In this document: piece by piece, positions 48,247 through 57,745 of the stretch
How positions within the stretch are numbered: the stretch's first letter is position 1
How the letters are laid out: each line of letters opens with the position of its first letter
Source: Candidatus Sulfomarinibacter sp.
Lineage (GTDB): Bacteria > Acidobacteriota > Thermoanaerobaculia > Thermoanaerobaculales > Sulfomarinibacteraceae
Assembly (NCBI GenBank): GCA_041560205.1
Contig: JBFFBV010000002.1
Coordinates: forward strand, 22,278 to 86,277
Direction: 5' to 3'
DNA: 64,000 nt
Notes under the pieces: model-generated
Told to the model about the DNA's origin: nothing
The model's database searches: none
Seen by the model: only the letters and a program-made list of their open reading frames with translations
Translations under genes and position numbers: made by a program

Positions 48247-48485
48247 TACTCGAGGATTTCGAGGACGAATCGCTTCTGGACCTTCATCCCCGCCGCCGCC
48301 AGCAAGGTCCTGATGGCCCGAGCCGTCCGCCCCTGGCGGCCGATCACTTTTCCGAGGTCCTCGGTACGAACCCGCAGCTCGAGAACCGTCGTCTGCTCGC
48401 CCTCGACCTCTGTCACCGCAACATCTTCCGGATTGTCAACCAGTGCTTTCGCGATCTCTTCCAGCAGGTCTTTCATCGCACTCAT
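48246..48485 (-). CDS. khpA: KH-domain RNA-binding protein
   Basis: LVDNPEDV...[18 protein letters not shown]; lies between rpsP and rimM. Confidence 0.93.
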   Translation of the reverse strand: MSAMKDLLEEIAKALVDNPEDVAVTEVEGEQTTVLELRVRTEDLGKVIGRQGRTARAIRTLLAAAGMKVQKRFVLEILE

Positions 48486-48543
48486 TGGAGCTCCCTTCAG
48501 AGGTGGGGAAGATGACCCGGAGCCCTCACGCCCCGGGCGCGCC

Positions 48544-48786
48544 TCACTGCTGTTGTTGAGCCTTACGAATCAAGGATCGCACAGTTTCAGACACTCCGGC
48601 CCCTTGACTCTGCCATTTTTCGACTTTTTCGAGGTCGAGCCTGATTTCCGGCGGGTCGAGGTGCGGGTTGTAGAAGCCCACCTGGTCAAGGTAGTCGGCC
48701 TGGGTGTCCTTGCGCGAATCCGACACCACGACACGGTAGACGGGGTTGTGCTTCGCACCACCACGCCGCAATCTGATCATCAACAT
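48544..48786 (-). CDS. rpsP: 30S ribosomal protein S16
   Basis: [22 protein letters not shown]...GFYNP. Confidence 0.95.
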   Translation of the reverse strand: MLMIRLRRGGAKHNPVYRVVVSDSRKDTQADYLDQVGFYNPHLDPPEIRLDLEKVEKWQSQGAGVSETVRSLIRKAQQQQ

Positions 48787-48809
48787 TTGATTCCTCCCTG
48801 GGCGGATAT

Positions 48810-50144
48810 TCAGCCGATTCCCAATTGACGTTTCAGCGCACGGGGATCGGCCTTGCCCAGACGCTTCATGAGCTTACGCATCTGTCCGTATTGACGCAAG
48901 AGGCGATTGATTTCTTCCACGCTGGTTCCGGAGCCTTTTGCGATTCTCTTCTTTCGTGATCCGTTGAGCAGCTGCGGGTGGCGGCGCTCCTTGGGGGTCA
49001 TGGAGTCGATGCAGGCCTCCATCCGCCGGAGCTGGCGTTCCTGGCCTTCGCCCATCCCGCCCTCGGGCATCACCTTGCCCATGCCCGGTACCATCTCCAT
49101 GACCGACTGCAGCGGTCCCATCTTCTTGAGGCTGCGCAGCTGGTCCCGCAGGTCCTCGAGGTCGAATTTGTTCTTCTTGAGCTTCGCCTCGAGCCGACGG
49201 GCTTTCTTCTCGTCGACGGCATCCTGCGCCTTCTCCACCAGCGTCAGGACATCGCCCATCCCGAGGATTCGGCCGGCCATACGGTCGGGGTGGAATTGCT
49301 CGAGATTATCGATCTGCTCGCCGACACCGGCGAAAACGATCGGCTTGCCGACGACCTCGCGGACCGAAAGCGCCGCTCCACCGCGCGCATCACCGTCCAG
49401 CTTGGTGAGGATGACACCGGTGATTTCGAGGCGCTCGTGAAATGCTCGCGCTGAACGCACCGCGTCCTGGCCAGTCATCGAGTCGGCTACGAAGAGGACC
49501 TGCTTCGGCCTGAGGATTCCCTTGAGGCGCTGCAGCTGCTCCATCAACTCGTCGTCGATGTGCAACCGCCCCGCAGTGTCGAAGATCAGGACCTGATAGC
49601 CCTTGACCGAGGCCTCGCGAAGAGCCTGGCGGGCAATAGCCTCGGGATCGTCCATCTCCCGGGTATCGACGGTCGGGATCGAGGCTTGCTCACCGAGGAC
49701 CAGGAGCTGCTCGCGGGCAGCGGGGCGCGAGGTGTCGGCTGGAACGAGCAGTGGAAAGAGGCCCTTGCGGTCCTTGATCCACCGGGCCAACTTCGCCGCC
49801 GTCGTCGTCTTACCCGAACCCTGGAGACCGACCAACATGACCACCGACGGGCGCCCTTTGAAGCTGAGCTCGGCGGTTTCGCCGCCGAGGAGGCTGACCA
49901 GCTCTTCGTGGACGATCTTCGTCACCATCTGGGCCGGCGTCACGGAGTTCAACACCTCTTTGCCGAGGGCTCTGGTCCGCACCCGATCGATGAAGCCGGA
50001 CACGACCTCCACGCTGACATCCGCTTCGAGCAGAGCGAGCCTGATCTCACGCAGCGCGGTGTCGATGTGGTACTCGGTCAGGTGCCCCTCACCTCTGAGG
50101 GTCTTGGTGACGCGAGCCAGACGGTCCTGAAGCCCTTCCAACAT
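48810..50144 (-). CDS. ffh: Signal recognition particle protein
   Basis: GLQGSGKTT, DTAGRL, TKLDGDARGG and M domain (SMTPKER...RIAKGSG). Confidence 0.97.
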   Translation of the reverse strand: MLEGLQDRLARVTKTLRGEGHLTEYHIDTALREIRLALLEADVSVEVVSGFIDRVRTRALGKEVLNSVTPAQMVTKIVHEELVSLLGGETAELSFKGRPSVVMLVGLQGSGKTTTAAKLARWIKDRKGLFPLLVPADTSRPAAREQLLVLGEQASIPTVDTREMDDPEAIARQALREASVKGYQVLIFDTAGRLHIDDELMEQLQRLKGILRPKQVLFVADSMTGQDAVRSARAFHERLEITGVILTKLDGDARGGAALSVREVVGKPIVFAGVGEQIDNLEQFHPDRMAGRILGMGDVLTLVEKAQDAVDEKKARRLEAKLKKNKFDLEDLRDQLRSLKKMGPLQSVMEMVPGMGKVMPEGGMGEGQERQLRRMEACIDSMTPKERRHPQLLNGSRKKRIAKGSGTSVEEINRLLRQYGQMRKLMKRLGKADPRALKRQLGIG

Positions 50145-50256
50145 GGGACGGGCAGTCTAAGGGAGAGCCCTGTGCAGGTCAAGGGGCGCGGGGAGCCAAG
50201 CGTTTGGCGTGGAGTACTTTGGAGGACGCGCGGACAACGGTACAATACAGATGGAA

Positions 50257-51165
50257 ATGGGCGCCGTGCATCCAATCGTCCTCCCGCCGCGTTGTCCGGG
50301 TGGTGAGGATCCAGAGGTCCAGGAGTTCCTGCGCCTCGTGCGGGTCGTGACCGGCGCGACCTGGGCCGAGCTCGAGCTGCAACCGAATGGATCGGCGCCG
50401 AGCCAAAAGTACCGTCTCGGATCCGGCAACGGAATCGTCGCGCGCGCGGAACTCGCCGTCGGGAGGGATTTCGACGCCATCCTTCGGCTCGGAGGGCTTG
50501 CGGAGCCGGAGGGCGAGCAGGTCGAACTGCTGACGGATTCGCTCGCGCGTATGCTCGATAGAAGGCGACTGCTCATCCAGGCCGAAATCCTGCGAGGCGC
50601 CTTGGAATCCATCCCGAGCTCGGTCTTTCTCTTCGACGACGAGGGCGAGATCCTCTTTGCGAGCCCGTCGGCGGATCGGCTCCTCTCCCTGCAAACCGAG
50701 GACGAGCTCCTCGCCACATGCAGCGACCGGCCGACGCAGCCGCTCTTCACCCTTTTGAGCTCACTGGCGGATGGCGTCGCCTCGGGCGACCGTACGGCGC
50801 CGAACTGGAAGGGAACGGTCGAGCTCGGCGACGGCCGGGTGATGCACTGCTTGACGACCCGTTTGCTGGATCCGGCCGCCGATCTGCCGGGGGCCGTCCT
50901 CGTGCTCCTCCAGCCGCTGGAGTCCGAGGTCGACGCCCGGGTTCAGACCTTTTCGTTGAGCCACGGCCTCAGCCCACGAGAGCAGGAGGTGCTCGGGCTT
51001 CTCGAAAAAGGGCTGACCACAGGTGCGATCGCGGAGAGCCTCGGTATCAGCCCGCACACGGTCCGAGACCACCTCAAACACCTCTATCGCAAAACCGGCA
51101 CCAAGGGCCGGAGCGAATTGCTCGGTCTGATCACGAGGGCGACCCGCGTCACGGCTGAGGCTTGA
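50257..51165 (+). CDS. PAS-like plus LuxR-family HTH transcriptional regulator
   Basis: C-terminal LSPREQEVL...G.T...IA..L.IS..TV..HL..LY.K. Start uncertain (50251 or 50257); TACAAT at 50241. Confidence 0.82.
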   Translation: MGAVHPIVLPPRCPGGEDPEVQEFLRLVRVVTGATWAELELQPNGSAPSQKYRLGSGNGIVARAELAVGRDFDAILRLGGLAEPEGEQVELLTDSLARMLDRRRLLIQAEILRGALESIPSSVFLFDDEGEILFASPSADRLLSLQTEDELLATCSDRPTQPLFTLLSSLADGVASGDRTAPNWKGTVELGDGRVMHCLTTRLLDPAADLPGAVLVLLQPLESEVDARVQTFSLSHGLSPREQEVLGLLEKGLTTGAIAESLGISPHTVRDHLKHLYRKTGTKGRSELLGLITRATRVTAEA

Positions 51166-51169
51166 AAGA

Positions 51170-51255
51170 GCTTTCGGCCGTCAGCAATACGCTTTCAGCT
51201 CCTCCTCCCTGCCATCGACAGTCCGCTGGAGGCTGATACCTGACTGCTGACAGCT
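51170..51255. repeat. 7-mer tandem-repeat palindrome, family E
   Basis: gctttcg-gccgtca-gcaatac-gctttca-gct ... gctggag-gctgata-cctgact-gctgaca-gct, running into TATAAT. Confidence 0.65.
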
Positions 51256-51280
51256 ATAATGATGTGTGGAGGTCAGAAAA

Positions 51281-52039
51281 ATGTCTCGGTTACGCGTATT
51301 GGGTGTCGTGACAGCCGTCATCCTGATCGCCGCGGTCCTGGTGGCGGCGCAAGGGTACGTTGTGATCCTCAAGAGCGGCCACAAGATCCGCTGCAAAGAA
51401 CCGATGCGAATCGAAGGGAACAATGCCATCCTCACGCTCGCGACCGGTACGGTTGCCAGCTATCCGCTCCAGCTCGTCGACCTCGTCGAGACCGAGCGCT
51501 ACAACCAGCTCGGTCTCGGAGACGCCCTGATGATCGAGGAGCTATCGGTCTCTGGAACTCCGGCGCCAACAGCCACTCCGTACACGTCGCTCGGGCAACA
51601 CGCGACCATTGACGCCAGTCCCAGCGGTCCGACCCTCGGGTCGACCATCGAACCGACGCCAGTTCCGACGCCCGGGATCAAACTCCAGTCCGAGAAGTAC
51701 CACGACGAGCGGGTCGAACAGGCCTTCGCCAGGATCTTCGACGACAAGGAGCTCCTGATCTACCGGACGAGCCAGGGCACGCAACCCGATTACTTTTTCG
51801 TCCAGACCGTGACGGACTCCGAGAGTGAGGTCTTCGAAGCGCTCGAGACCGTCGCCGAGGCATACAATCTGATCAACCGAATCCACGGGGAGATCGCTCC
51901 GGACGCCGTCGAGCTGGAGATGATCCAGACCTCCGGCAAAGCGGCCGGCACCTTCCGCCTCACGCCGGCGCTCGCCAAAGAGCTGGTGGACGGTGAAACG
52001 CCGACCCAGACGTTCTACATCAAGAACGTCATCTTCTAG
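51281..52039 (+). CDS. Hypothetical exported protein
   Basis: GGAGG RBS, N-terminal signal peptide and P/T-rich linker; TATAAT at 51255-51260. Confidence 0.75.
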   Translation: MSRLRVLGVVTAVILIAAVLVAAQGYVVILKSGHKIRCKEPMRIEGNNAILTLATGTVASYPLQLVDLVETERYNQLGLGDALMIEELSVSGTPAPTATPYTSLGQHATIDASPSGPTLGSTIEPTPVPTPGIKLQSEKYHDERVEQAFARIFDDKELLIYRTSQGTQPDYFFVQTVTDSESEVFEALETVAEAYNLINRIHGEIAPDAVELEMIQTSGKAAGTFRLTPALAKELVDGETPTQTFYIKNVIF

Positions 52040-52066
52040 GGTGCCGCCCTCGCGGGTGACGGCGAC

Positions 52067-53383
52067 ATGAGCCAAAGCAAGATCGCCGTCGTCGGCGCAG
52101 GTCTCGCCGGTTTGACTGCGGCCCTCCGTCTGACCGAAGCCGGTCACCGGGTCAAGGTCTTCGAGCGCTACCCCCGTCCTGGCGGTCTCGCGCGCGTGCT
52201 GGAGGTCGAGGGCGAGCCTCTCGAGGCCTTTTACCACCACCTGTTCACGAGTGACACGGCCTACGTCGCCCTCGCAAAGGAGCTCCAGGTCGACGACCTG
52301 ATCGAGTGGCTGCCGTCGCGGATGGGTATCTGGACCGACGGTCGGCTGTGGGACTTCGGCACCCCGCAGTCGCTCCTTCGCTTCCGACCGCTTTCGTTGC
52401 TCGACAAGATGCGCTTTGCGGCATCGACCCTGCTCCTGCAGCGCAGCAAAGACCCGTCAAGCTTCGAAGATATCACCGCCCACGACTGGATCTGCCGCCA
52501 CCAGGGAGAGCGCGTCTGGAACAAGGTGTGGGGACCGCTCTTTCACCAGAAGTTCGCCGAAGACGCCGACAAGGTGGCCATGGTGTGGCTGTGGGGCAAG
52601 CTCTGCCTCAGGGGGAAATCGAGGTCGGCATCGGGCATGGGTGAGCTGCTCGGCTATATGCGGGGGTCCTTCGCCAAACTCGTGGAGAAATTGGAGACTC
52701 GTCTCGAAAAAAGCGGCACCGAGCTTCTCCTGAGCGATGCGGTTCAGCGAATCGACCGCACAGTCGGCGGACTCGCGATCCAGGGCCGCAACTCGTCATG
52801 GACCGCCGACAAAGCGGTGGTCGCGACACCCGTGCCCGACTATCTCGAGATCGCGGGCCATCTCCTGACGGAGGACGAGCACGACAATCTGGCCGGTCTC
52901 CGCGCCACCGGCGCCATCTGTACGATTTTGGAGCTCGAGCACTCGCTGACCCCGTACTACTGGCTCAACATCGCCGACCCCGACATGCCCTTCGGCGGCC
53001 TCATCGAACACACCAACTACATCCCGCGCGACCGCTACGGAGGTCGTCACATCCTTTACATCTCAAACTACCTGTTCACCGACCACCCGCTCTTCGAAGC
53101 GCCCAGGAAGAAGGTCCTCTCGAGCTACCTGCCCGCACTCACACGGATCAACGAAGCCTTCGACCCGGCGTGGATCGTCGACAGCCACCATTTCAGGGCG
53201 GCCTACGCCCAGCCCGTGGTCCCGGTCGGATATCGTGATCTGATCCCGTCTTTTCGATCCACGGTTCCAGGGCTTTACCTGTGCACGATGGCCCAGATTT
53301 TCCCCGAGGACCGAGGCCAGAACTACGCCATCGCCTACGGGGAGAAAGTCGCACGGGAGCTTCTACGGGATCTTCGGGACTGA
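52067..53383 (+). CDS. FAD-dependent oxidoreductase (amine oxidase/protoporphyrinogen oxidase-like fold)
   Basis: VVGAGLAGL dinucleotide motif, GGLA, FYHH and C-terminal QIFPEDRGQN. Confidence 0.85.
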   Translation: MSQSKIAVVGAGLAGLTAALRLTEAGHRVKVFERYPRPGGLARVLEVEGEPLEAFYHHLFTSDTAYVALAKELQVDDLIEWLPSRMGIWTDGRLWDFGTPQSLLRFRPLSLLDKMRFAASTLLLQRSKDPSSFEDITAHDWICRHQGERVWNKVWGPLFHQKFAEDADKVAMVWLWGKLCLRGKSRSASGMGELLGYMRGSFAKLVEKLETRLEKSGTELLLSDAVQRIDRTVGGLAIQGRNSSWTADKAVVATPVPDYLEIAGHLLTEDEHDNLAGLRATGAICTILELEHSLTPYYWLNIADPDMPFGGLIEHTNYIPRDRYGGRHILYISNYLFTDHPLFEAPRKKVLSSYLPALTRINEAFDPAWIVDSHHFRAAYAQPVVPVGYRDLIPSFRSTVPGLYLCTMAQIFPEDRGQNYAIAYGEKVARELLRDLRD

Positions 53384-53398
53384 GGCGGGAGGGAGGAG

Positions 53399-53490
53399 GG
53401 GTGCCACGTTTCGCATTGTTGCATTGCATCCACGGATCGTCACGCCAGTTATCGAGCTCCCGCAATGCAACAATGCGAAACGTGGCACCC
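53399..53490. repeat. Palindromic element family A, copy 4
   Basis: Perfect 29-bp inverted repeat GGGTGCCACGTTTCGCATTGTTGCATTGC / GCAATGCAACAATGCGAAACGTGGCACCC. Confidence 0.92.
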
Positions 53491-53568
53491 TTCTGGCACC
53501 TTTTGAATGGTGTACCATTGGGCCGCCCGCGGCACACGGGCAGAATGCGAGCATGGAGGCACGACTCG

Positions 53569-53895
53569 ATGGCAGCCAATGCGGTAGAGATCACAGATGC
53601 GAATTTTGACGAGATGATCCTCAACGCGGACAAACCCGCGCTGGTAGATTTCTGGGCAGTATGGTGCGGACCGTGCCGGGTGATCGGCCCGATCGTCGAG
53701 GAACTCGCGGCCGAGTACGGGGACCGAATCGTCGTCGGCAAGCTCGACGTGGATGCGAACCGCGACACGGCTGTCAAGTATGGGATCCAGGCCATTCCAA
53801 CCCTGCTCTTGGTCAACAACGGTGAGATCGCCGATCGAATCGTCGGCGTGACGGACAAGGCGAGCCTCTCGTCGAAGCTGGACAGCCTCCTATAA
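53569..53895 (+). CDS. trxA: Thioredoxin
   Basis: VDFWAVWCGPC and IPTL motifs; GGAGG RBS. Confidence 0.96.
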   Translation: MAANAVEITDANFDEMILNADKPALVDFWAVWCGPCRVIGPIVEELAAEYGDRIVVGKLDVDANRDTAVKYGIQAIPTLLLVNNGEIADRIVGVTDKASLSSKLDSLL

Positions 53896-53986
53896 TTCGC
53901 GGAGCCTCCCCCTCGCGCGCACAGCTCGTGAAGCGCCTGAGAATCGGTCAGGCGCGTGTTTACCGGGCATGACTGAGGTCTGAACC

Positions 53987-55861
53987 GTGTTGTGTCAGTC
54001 TTGCGGCGCCGCCAACCCCTCCGAGACGGACAACTGCCACCGGTGCGGCAACAAGCTGCTGGTGGTATCCGGCGTGGTCGGGCCTGCGGAAGCGCCCGAA
54101 GAGTTCTTCGTCCAGGCCCAGGAGGAACTCGAGGAGCACATGCTCGAGCGCATCAGCGTGCTGGAGGACGGTGTGCGACGCCTGTCGGAGGCACTCGCAT
54201 CCACGGCCCAACACCTGGCACAGCTGGAGCACAACCTGACGGTTGCCCACGCCGGAGTCCAATCTCTCGGCGGGCTCCTCGAGTCGCAGGGGATCGTCAC
54301 CCGCACCGAGGTGGTCGACGGCTGGGAGCGGACCGCCGATCAGGAACTCCTCTCCCGTGATCTCTCCCGACGATTCAAGGCCCACTCCGACCGGATTCTC
54401 TCCCAGGCATCCCACACGGGCCACGCGAACACCGCATTCCGTGACAAGCTCCGAGCGCTCGAGCTCGCCCTCGTCGGACCGGACACCGAGGTCGTGCGCG
54501 ATCTCCTCACCGAGCTCGCGGCGATGGCACCTGACAGCGACGAGCTTTGGTCGTTCATCGGCGAGGCCGCATTTCACAGCGGTGAGCTTGAAACTGCGCG
54601 CATCGCCTTTCGCAAGGTCCTGGAGCTGCGAGGTCCCCAATTTGAGGCCCTCGTCTACCTGGGTGCGGTTTCGTCGGATCTCGGACAGTGGGACGAGGCC
54701 GAAGAGGCTCTCACCCGAGCGAAGGAGATGGCTCCCGACGCATTTCTCCCGCACTTTGCGCTCGGCGCGCTCAACGTGCTCAAAGGACGACATCTCGACG
54801 CCGTCGCCGATCTCGAACGCAGCCTGGAGATCGAAGAGGCCCCCCAGAGCTGGTACCTGCTCGGACTGAGCCGTCTGGAGCTCGGGCAGAGCGGTCGTGC
54901 CGTCGAAGCATTGAGACGAGCCACCGCAATCGCACCCGACTTCGAAGAGGCGCTCTATCACCTCGGCGTTGCCTATCTCAGACGCGGCTGGAACAACAAG
55001 GCTCTGGAGGCTTTTCAGCGAGTTCTTCGCCTCGACCCGCAGAGCCTCCAGTACCAGGAGACGGTCCGCATGCTGAGCGGAACCCCTCCGAGCGATCTCC
55101 CCGGCGAGAGCGCCCATCTGGCGGGGCTCGCGGAAGCGGCCCTCGAAGAAGGTCGCCCCGCCCAGGCGCTCGACCTCTTCACGAAGGCCCTCGACTCGGC
55201 GCCCGGCCAAGCCGAGCTTCAGGCAACGGCGGCACTCCTCGCATCGGCGCTTGGGCGGGTCCGCCAGGCGATCGCGTATTCGCACGCGATTCTCCGCGAC
55301 AGACCGCAGGGTTCGCCCTATCTGGCCGCCGCTGTGGTCGCCCTGTTGGAGTCACTCCGCCATGCCGGAAGGCTTCGTGCATCGCGCCGGATCGCGAGGC
55401 GCCTTCGCCACGAGCGAGATCTCGACGAGCTGGCACGCGGAATGGCCACCTACGAGCTGGCCGTTGTCGAAACCGAGCTCGGTGAAGACCTGGTCGTCGC
55501 CCGCGACCTCGCCCGCGAGGCCCTCGAAAGGGCGCCCCGTGAGCTTCGCCACTATCCGCTGGCGGTGCTCGGCTCGATCGCCCTCAAGAGGGGCCGCTAC
55601 CACGAGGCGATGCAGTACCTCGAGCAAGCGGCACGTGCCGGTGTGGCGGAGCCGCCGCTTCTGCGTCAGCTCGCCCTGGCCCGACTCGGTGCCGGCGATC
55701 CATCGGGCGCCGACGAGGCCCTGCAGACGGCCAATGGCGACGCCAAAGGCGGCATCGATCACGAGCTGCTCGACCACGTCCGCCGCCTCGGCGGTTTGAT
55801 CGGCGACATCGCCCGCAATCATCGGCCCCCGACGAATCGGCGTGCAGGAAGACGGAGCTGA
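53987..55861 (+). CDS. Zinc-ribbon / coiled-coil / TPR protein
   Basis: N-terminal CxxC-x10-CxxC, heptad region, then multiple TPRs. Confidence 0.8.
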   Translation: MLCQSCGAANPSETDNCHRCGNKLLVVSGVVGPAEAPEEFFVQAQEELEEHMLERISVLEDGVRRLSEALASTAQHLAQLEHNLTVAHAGVQSLGGLLESQGIVTRTEVVDGWERTADQELLSRDLSRRFKAHSDRILSQASHTGHANTAFRDKLRALELALVGPDTEVVRDLLTELAAMAPDSDELWSFIGEAAFHSGELETARIAFRKVLELRGPQFEALVYLGAVSSDLGQWDEAEEALTRAKEMAPDAFLPHFALGALNVLKGRHLDAVADLERSLEIEEAPQSWYLLGLSRLELGQSGRAVEALRRATAIAPDFEEALYHLGVAYLRRGWNNKALEAFQRVLRLDPQSLQYQETVRMLSGTPPSDLPGESAHLAGLAEAALEEGRPAQALDLFTKALDSAPGQAELQATAALLASALGRVRQAIAYSHAILRDRPQGSPYLAAAVVALLESLRHAGRLRASRRIARRLRHERDLDELARGMATYELAVVETELGEDLVVARDLAREALERAPRELRHYPLAVLGSIALKRGRYHEAMQYLEQAARAGVAEPPLLRQLALARLGAGDPSGADEALQTANGDAKGGIDHELLDHVRRLGGLIGDIARNHRPPTNRRAGRRS

Positions 55862-55863
55862 AC

Positions 55864-57588
55864 ATGCGTTGGACCAGGACTTTCATACACACGCTGCGCC
55901 AGGACCCCTCGGATGCCGAGGTCGTATCGCACCGCCTGATGACCCGTGCAGGACTGATCTCGAAGGTCGCTGCGGGCATTTACAACTATCTGCCCCTCGG
56001 CTGGCGATCGCTTGCGAAGCTCATGCTCATCATCCGCGAGGAGATGGAGCGGGCCGGCTCCGCCGAGCTCGTGATGCCGGCCATCCAGCCGGCGGAACTG
56101 TGGCAGGAATCCGGCAGGTGGTTCGAGTACGGACCGGAGCTGCTGCGGATGAACGACAGGCACGAGCGTGACTTCTGCTTCGGACCGACGCACGAGGAGG
56201 TCATTACCGACATGGTTCGGCGATCCGTCACCTCCTATCGCCAGCTCCCGGTCAACCTCTTCCAGATCCAAACGAAGTTCCGCGACGAGATCAGGCCCCG
56301 CTTCGGCCTGATGCGCGGTCGTGAGTTCGTGATGAAGGACGCCTACACATTCCACACCGATGCCGAAGATCTCGATGCCGCCTACCGAGCGATGGAGCAG
56401 GCCTATTGCCGGGTCTTCGAGCGCTGCGGTCTCGGATACACGCAGGTCGAGGCCGACACCGGCAATATCGGCGGCTCGGAGTCGCACGAGTTCATGGTCC
56501 TCGCCGACACCGGTGAGGACGCGATCCTCTCGTGTCCCTCGTGTTCCTATGGCGCGAACGTCGAAAAGGCGGAAGCGGGGCCAGTGGCGGCCGCTCCCGA
56601 CTGGCCGCTCGACCGGCCCGACCGGCCCGAGGCGGTCGACACGCCCGATCTGCGCACGGTGGAGGAGGTTGCAGAGTTCCTCGGCATCTCCCCGGCCCAC
56701 CTCATCAAGACCCTGATCTTCGAGACCGACGAGGACTTCGTGGCGGTCCTGATCCGCGGAGATCTCGAGGTCAACGAGGTCAAGCTCAAGAACGAGATCG
56801 GCTGCACCCACCTCCAGCTCGCTTCCGAGGCCAAGATCGAGGAGGTCACGGGCGGACCGCAGGGCTTTTCCGGACCGGTCGGCCTCGAGGACATCCGCAT
56901 CGTCTCCGACCCTTCGGTGATGGACCTCGAGGTGGCGGCAACCGGCGCGAACGCCAATGACACCCACCTCGTCGGTGTCGTCCCGGGCCGCGATTTCACC
57001 CCGTCGCTGGTGGCGGAGCTTCGTCTCGCCACCGCCGGTGATCCCTGTCCCTCCTGTGATACTTCGTTGATCGAGAAACGGGGCATCGAGGTGGGCCATA
57101 TCTTCAAGCTCGGCACCAAGTACTCCGAATCCATGAACTGCCGCTTCCAGGACGCCGAAGGCAACGAGCAGCCGATGATCATGGGCTGTTACGGCCTCGG
57201 TGTCGGCCGCACGGTGGCGGCAGCGGTCGAACAGAACCACGACGACAAAGGCATCATCTGGCCACTGCCCCTGGCCCCGTACGAGGTACTGCTGGTCGTA
57301 CTCAACGCCGACAAGCCCGAGGTCGTCGAGGCAGCGAGGGGGCTCTATCAGGAGCTCGTCGACGCGGGCATCGATGTCCTCTTTGACGACCGGAGCGAAC
57401 GGCCGGGGGTCAAGTTCAACGACATGGACCTGATCGGCTTTCCGGTTCGAGTAGTCCTCGGTCAGCGGGGACTCGATGCGGGCGAGGTGGAGCTCAGCCT
57501 GCGACGCGACGGCGAGAAGCGGGCGACACCGATTGCGGAGATGGTGCCTGCCGTGCAAGCGCTTCTCGAGGAGTTGCGAAGCCAGTAG
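55864..57588 (+). CDS. proS: Proline-tRNA ligase (with INS editing domain)
   Basis: GPTHEE, FRDEIRPRFGLMRGREF, GIEVGHIFKLG and MGCYGLG motifs. Confidence 0.97.
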   Translation: MRWTRTFIHTLRQDPSDAEVVSHRLMTRAGLISKVAAGIYNYLPLGWRSLAKLMLIIREEMERAGSAELVMPAIQPAELWQESGRWFEYGPELLRMNDRHERDFCFGPTHEEVITDMVRRSVTSYRQLPVNLFQIQTKFRDEIRPRFGLMRGREFVMKDAYTFHTDAEDLDAAYRAMEQAYCRVFERCGLGYTQVEADTGNIGGSESHEFMVLADTGEDAILSCPSCSYGANVEKAEAGPVAAAPDWPLDRPDRPEAVDTPDLRTVEEVAEFLGISPAHLIKTLIFETDEDFVAVLIRGDLEVNEVKLKNEIGCTHLQLASEAKIEEVTGGPQGFSGPVGLEDIRIVSDPSVMDLEVAATGANANDTHLVGVVPGRDFTPSLVAELRLATAGDPCPSCDTSLIEKRGIEVGHIFKLGTKYSESMNCRFQDAEGNEQPMIMGCYGLGVGRTVAAAVEQNHDDKGIIWPLPLAPYEVLLVVLNADKPEVVEAARGLYQELVDAGIDVLFDDRSERPGVKFNDMDLIGFPVRVVLGQRGLDAGEVELSLRRDGEKRATPIAEMVPAVQALLEELRSQ

Positions 57589-57610
57589 GCGCTTCCTGCA
57601 GCGACGCGCA

Positions 57611-57708
57611 AGGTACCACCTTCACCATTGTCGCCTGTCATGACACGAGTGCGTGGCTGTGAGAAGCGCTCCTCAGGGTGGTCGGCGACAATGGTGAAGG
57701 TGGTACCT
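57611..57708. repeat. Palindromic element family A, copy 5
   Basis: Perfect 25-bp inverted repeat AGGTACCACCTTCACCATTGTCGCC / GGCGACAATGGTGAAGGTGGTACCT; between convergent genes. Confidence 0.9.
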
Positions 57709-57745
57709 GTGTCGCCGAAGCGGCCTCGCGCTCCTCAATAAGCCC

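Noticed and set aside
55819-57558. Long antisense or alternate-frame ORFs (e.g. 55819-57558, 60411-62264, 45278-46960, 3404-4690)
   Set aside because: These are shadow ORFs expected from high-GC codon bias opposite well-supported genes and carry no recognisable motifs.
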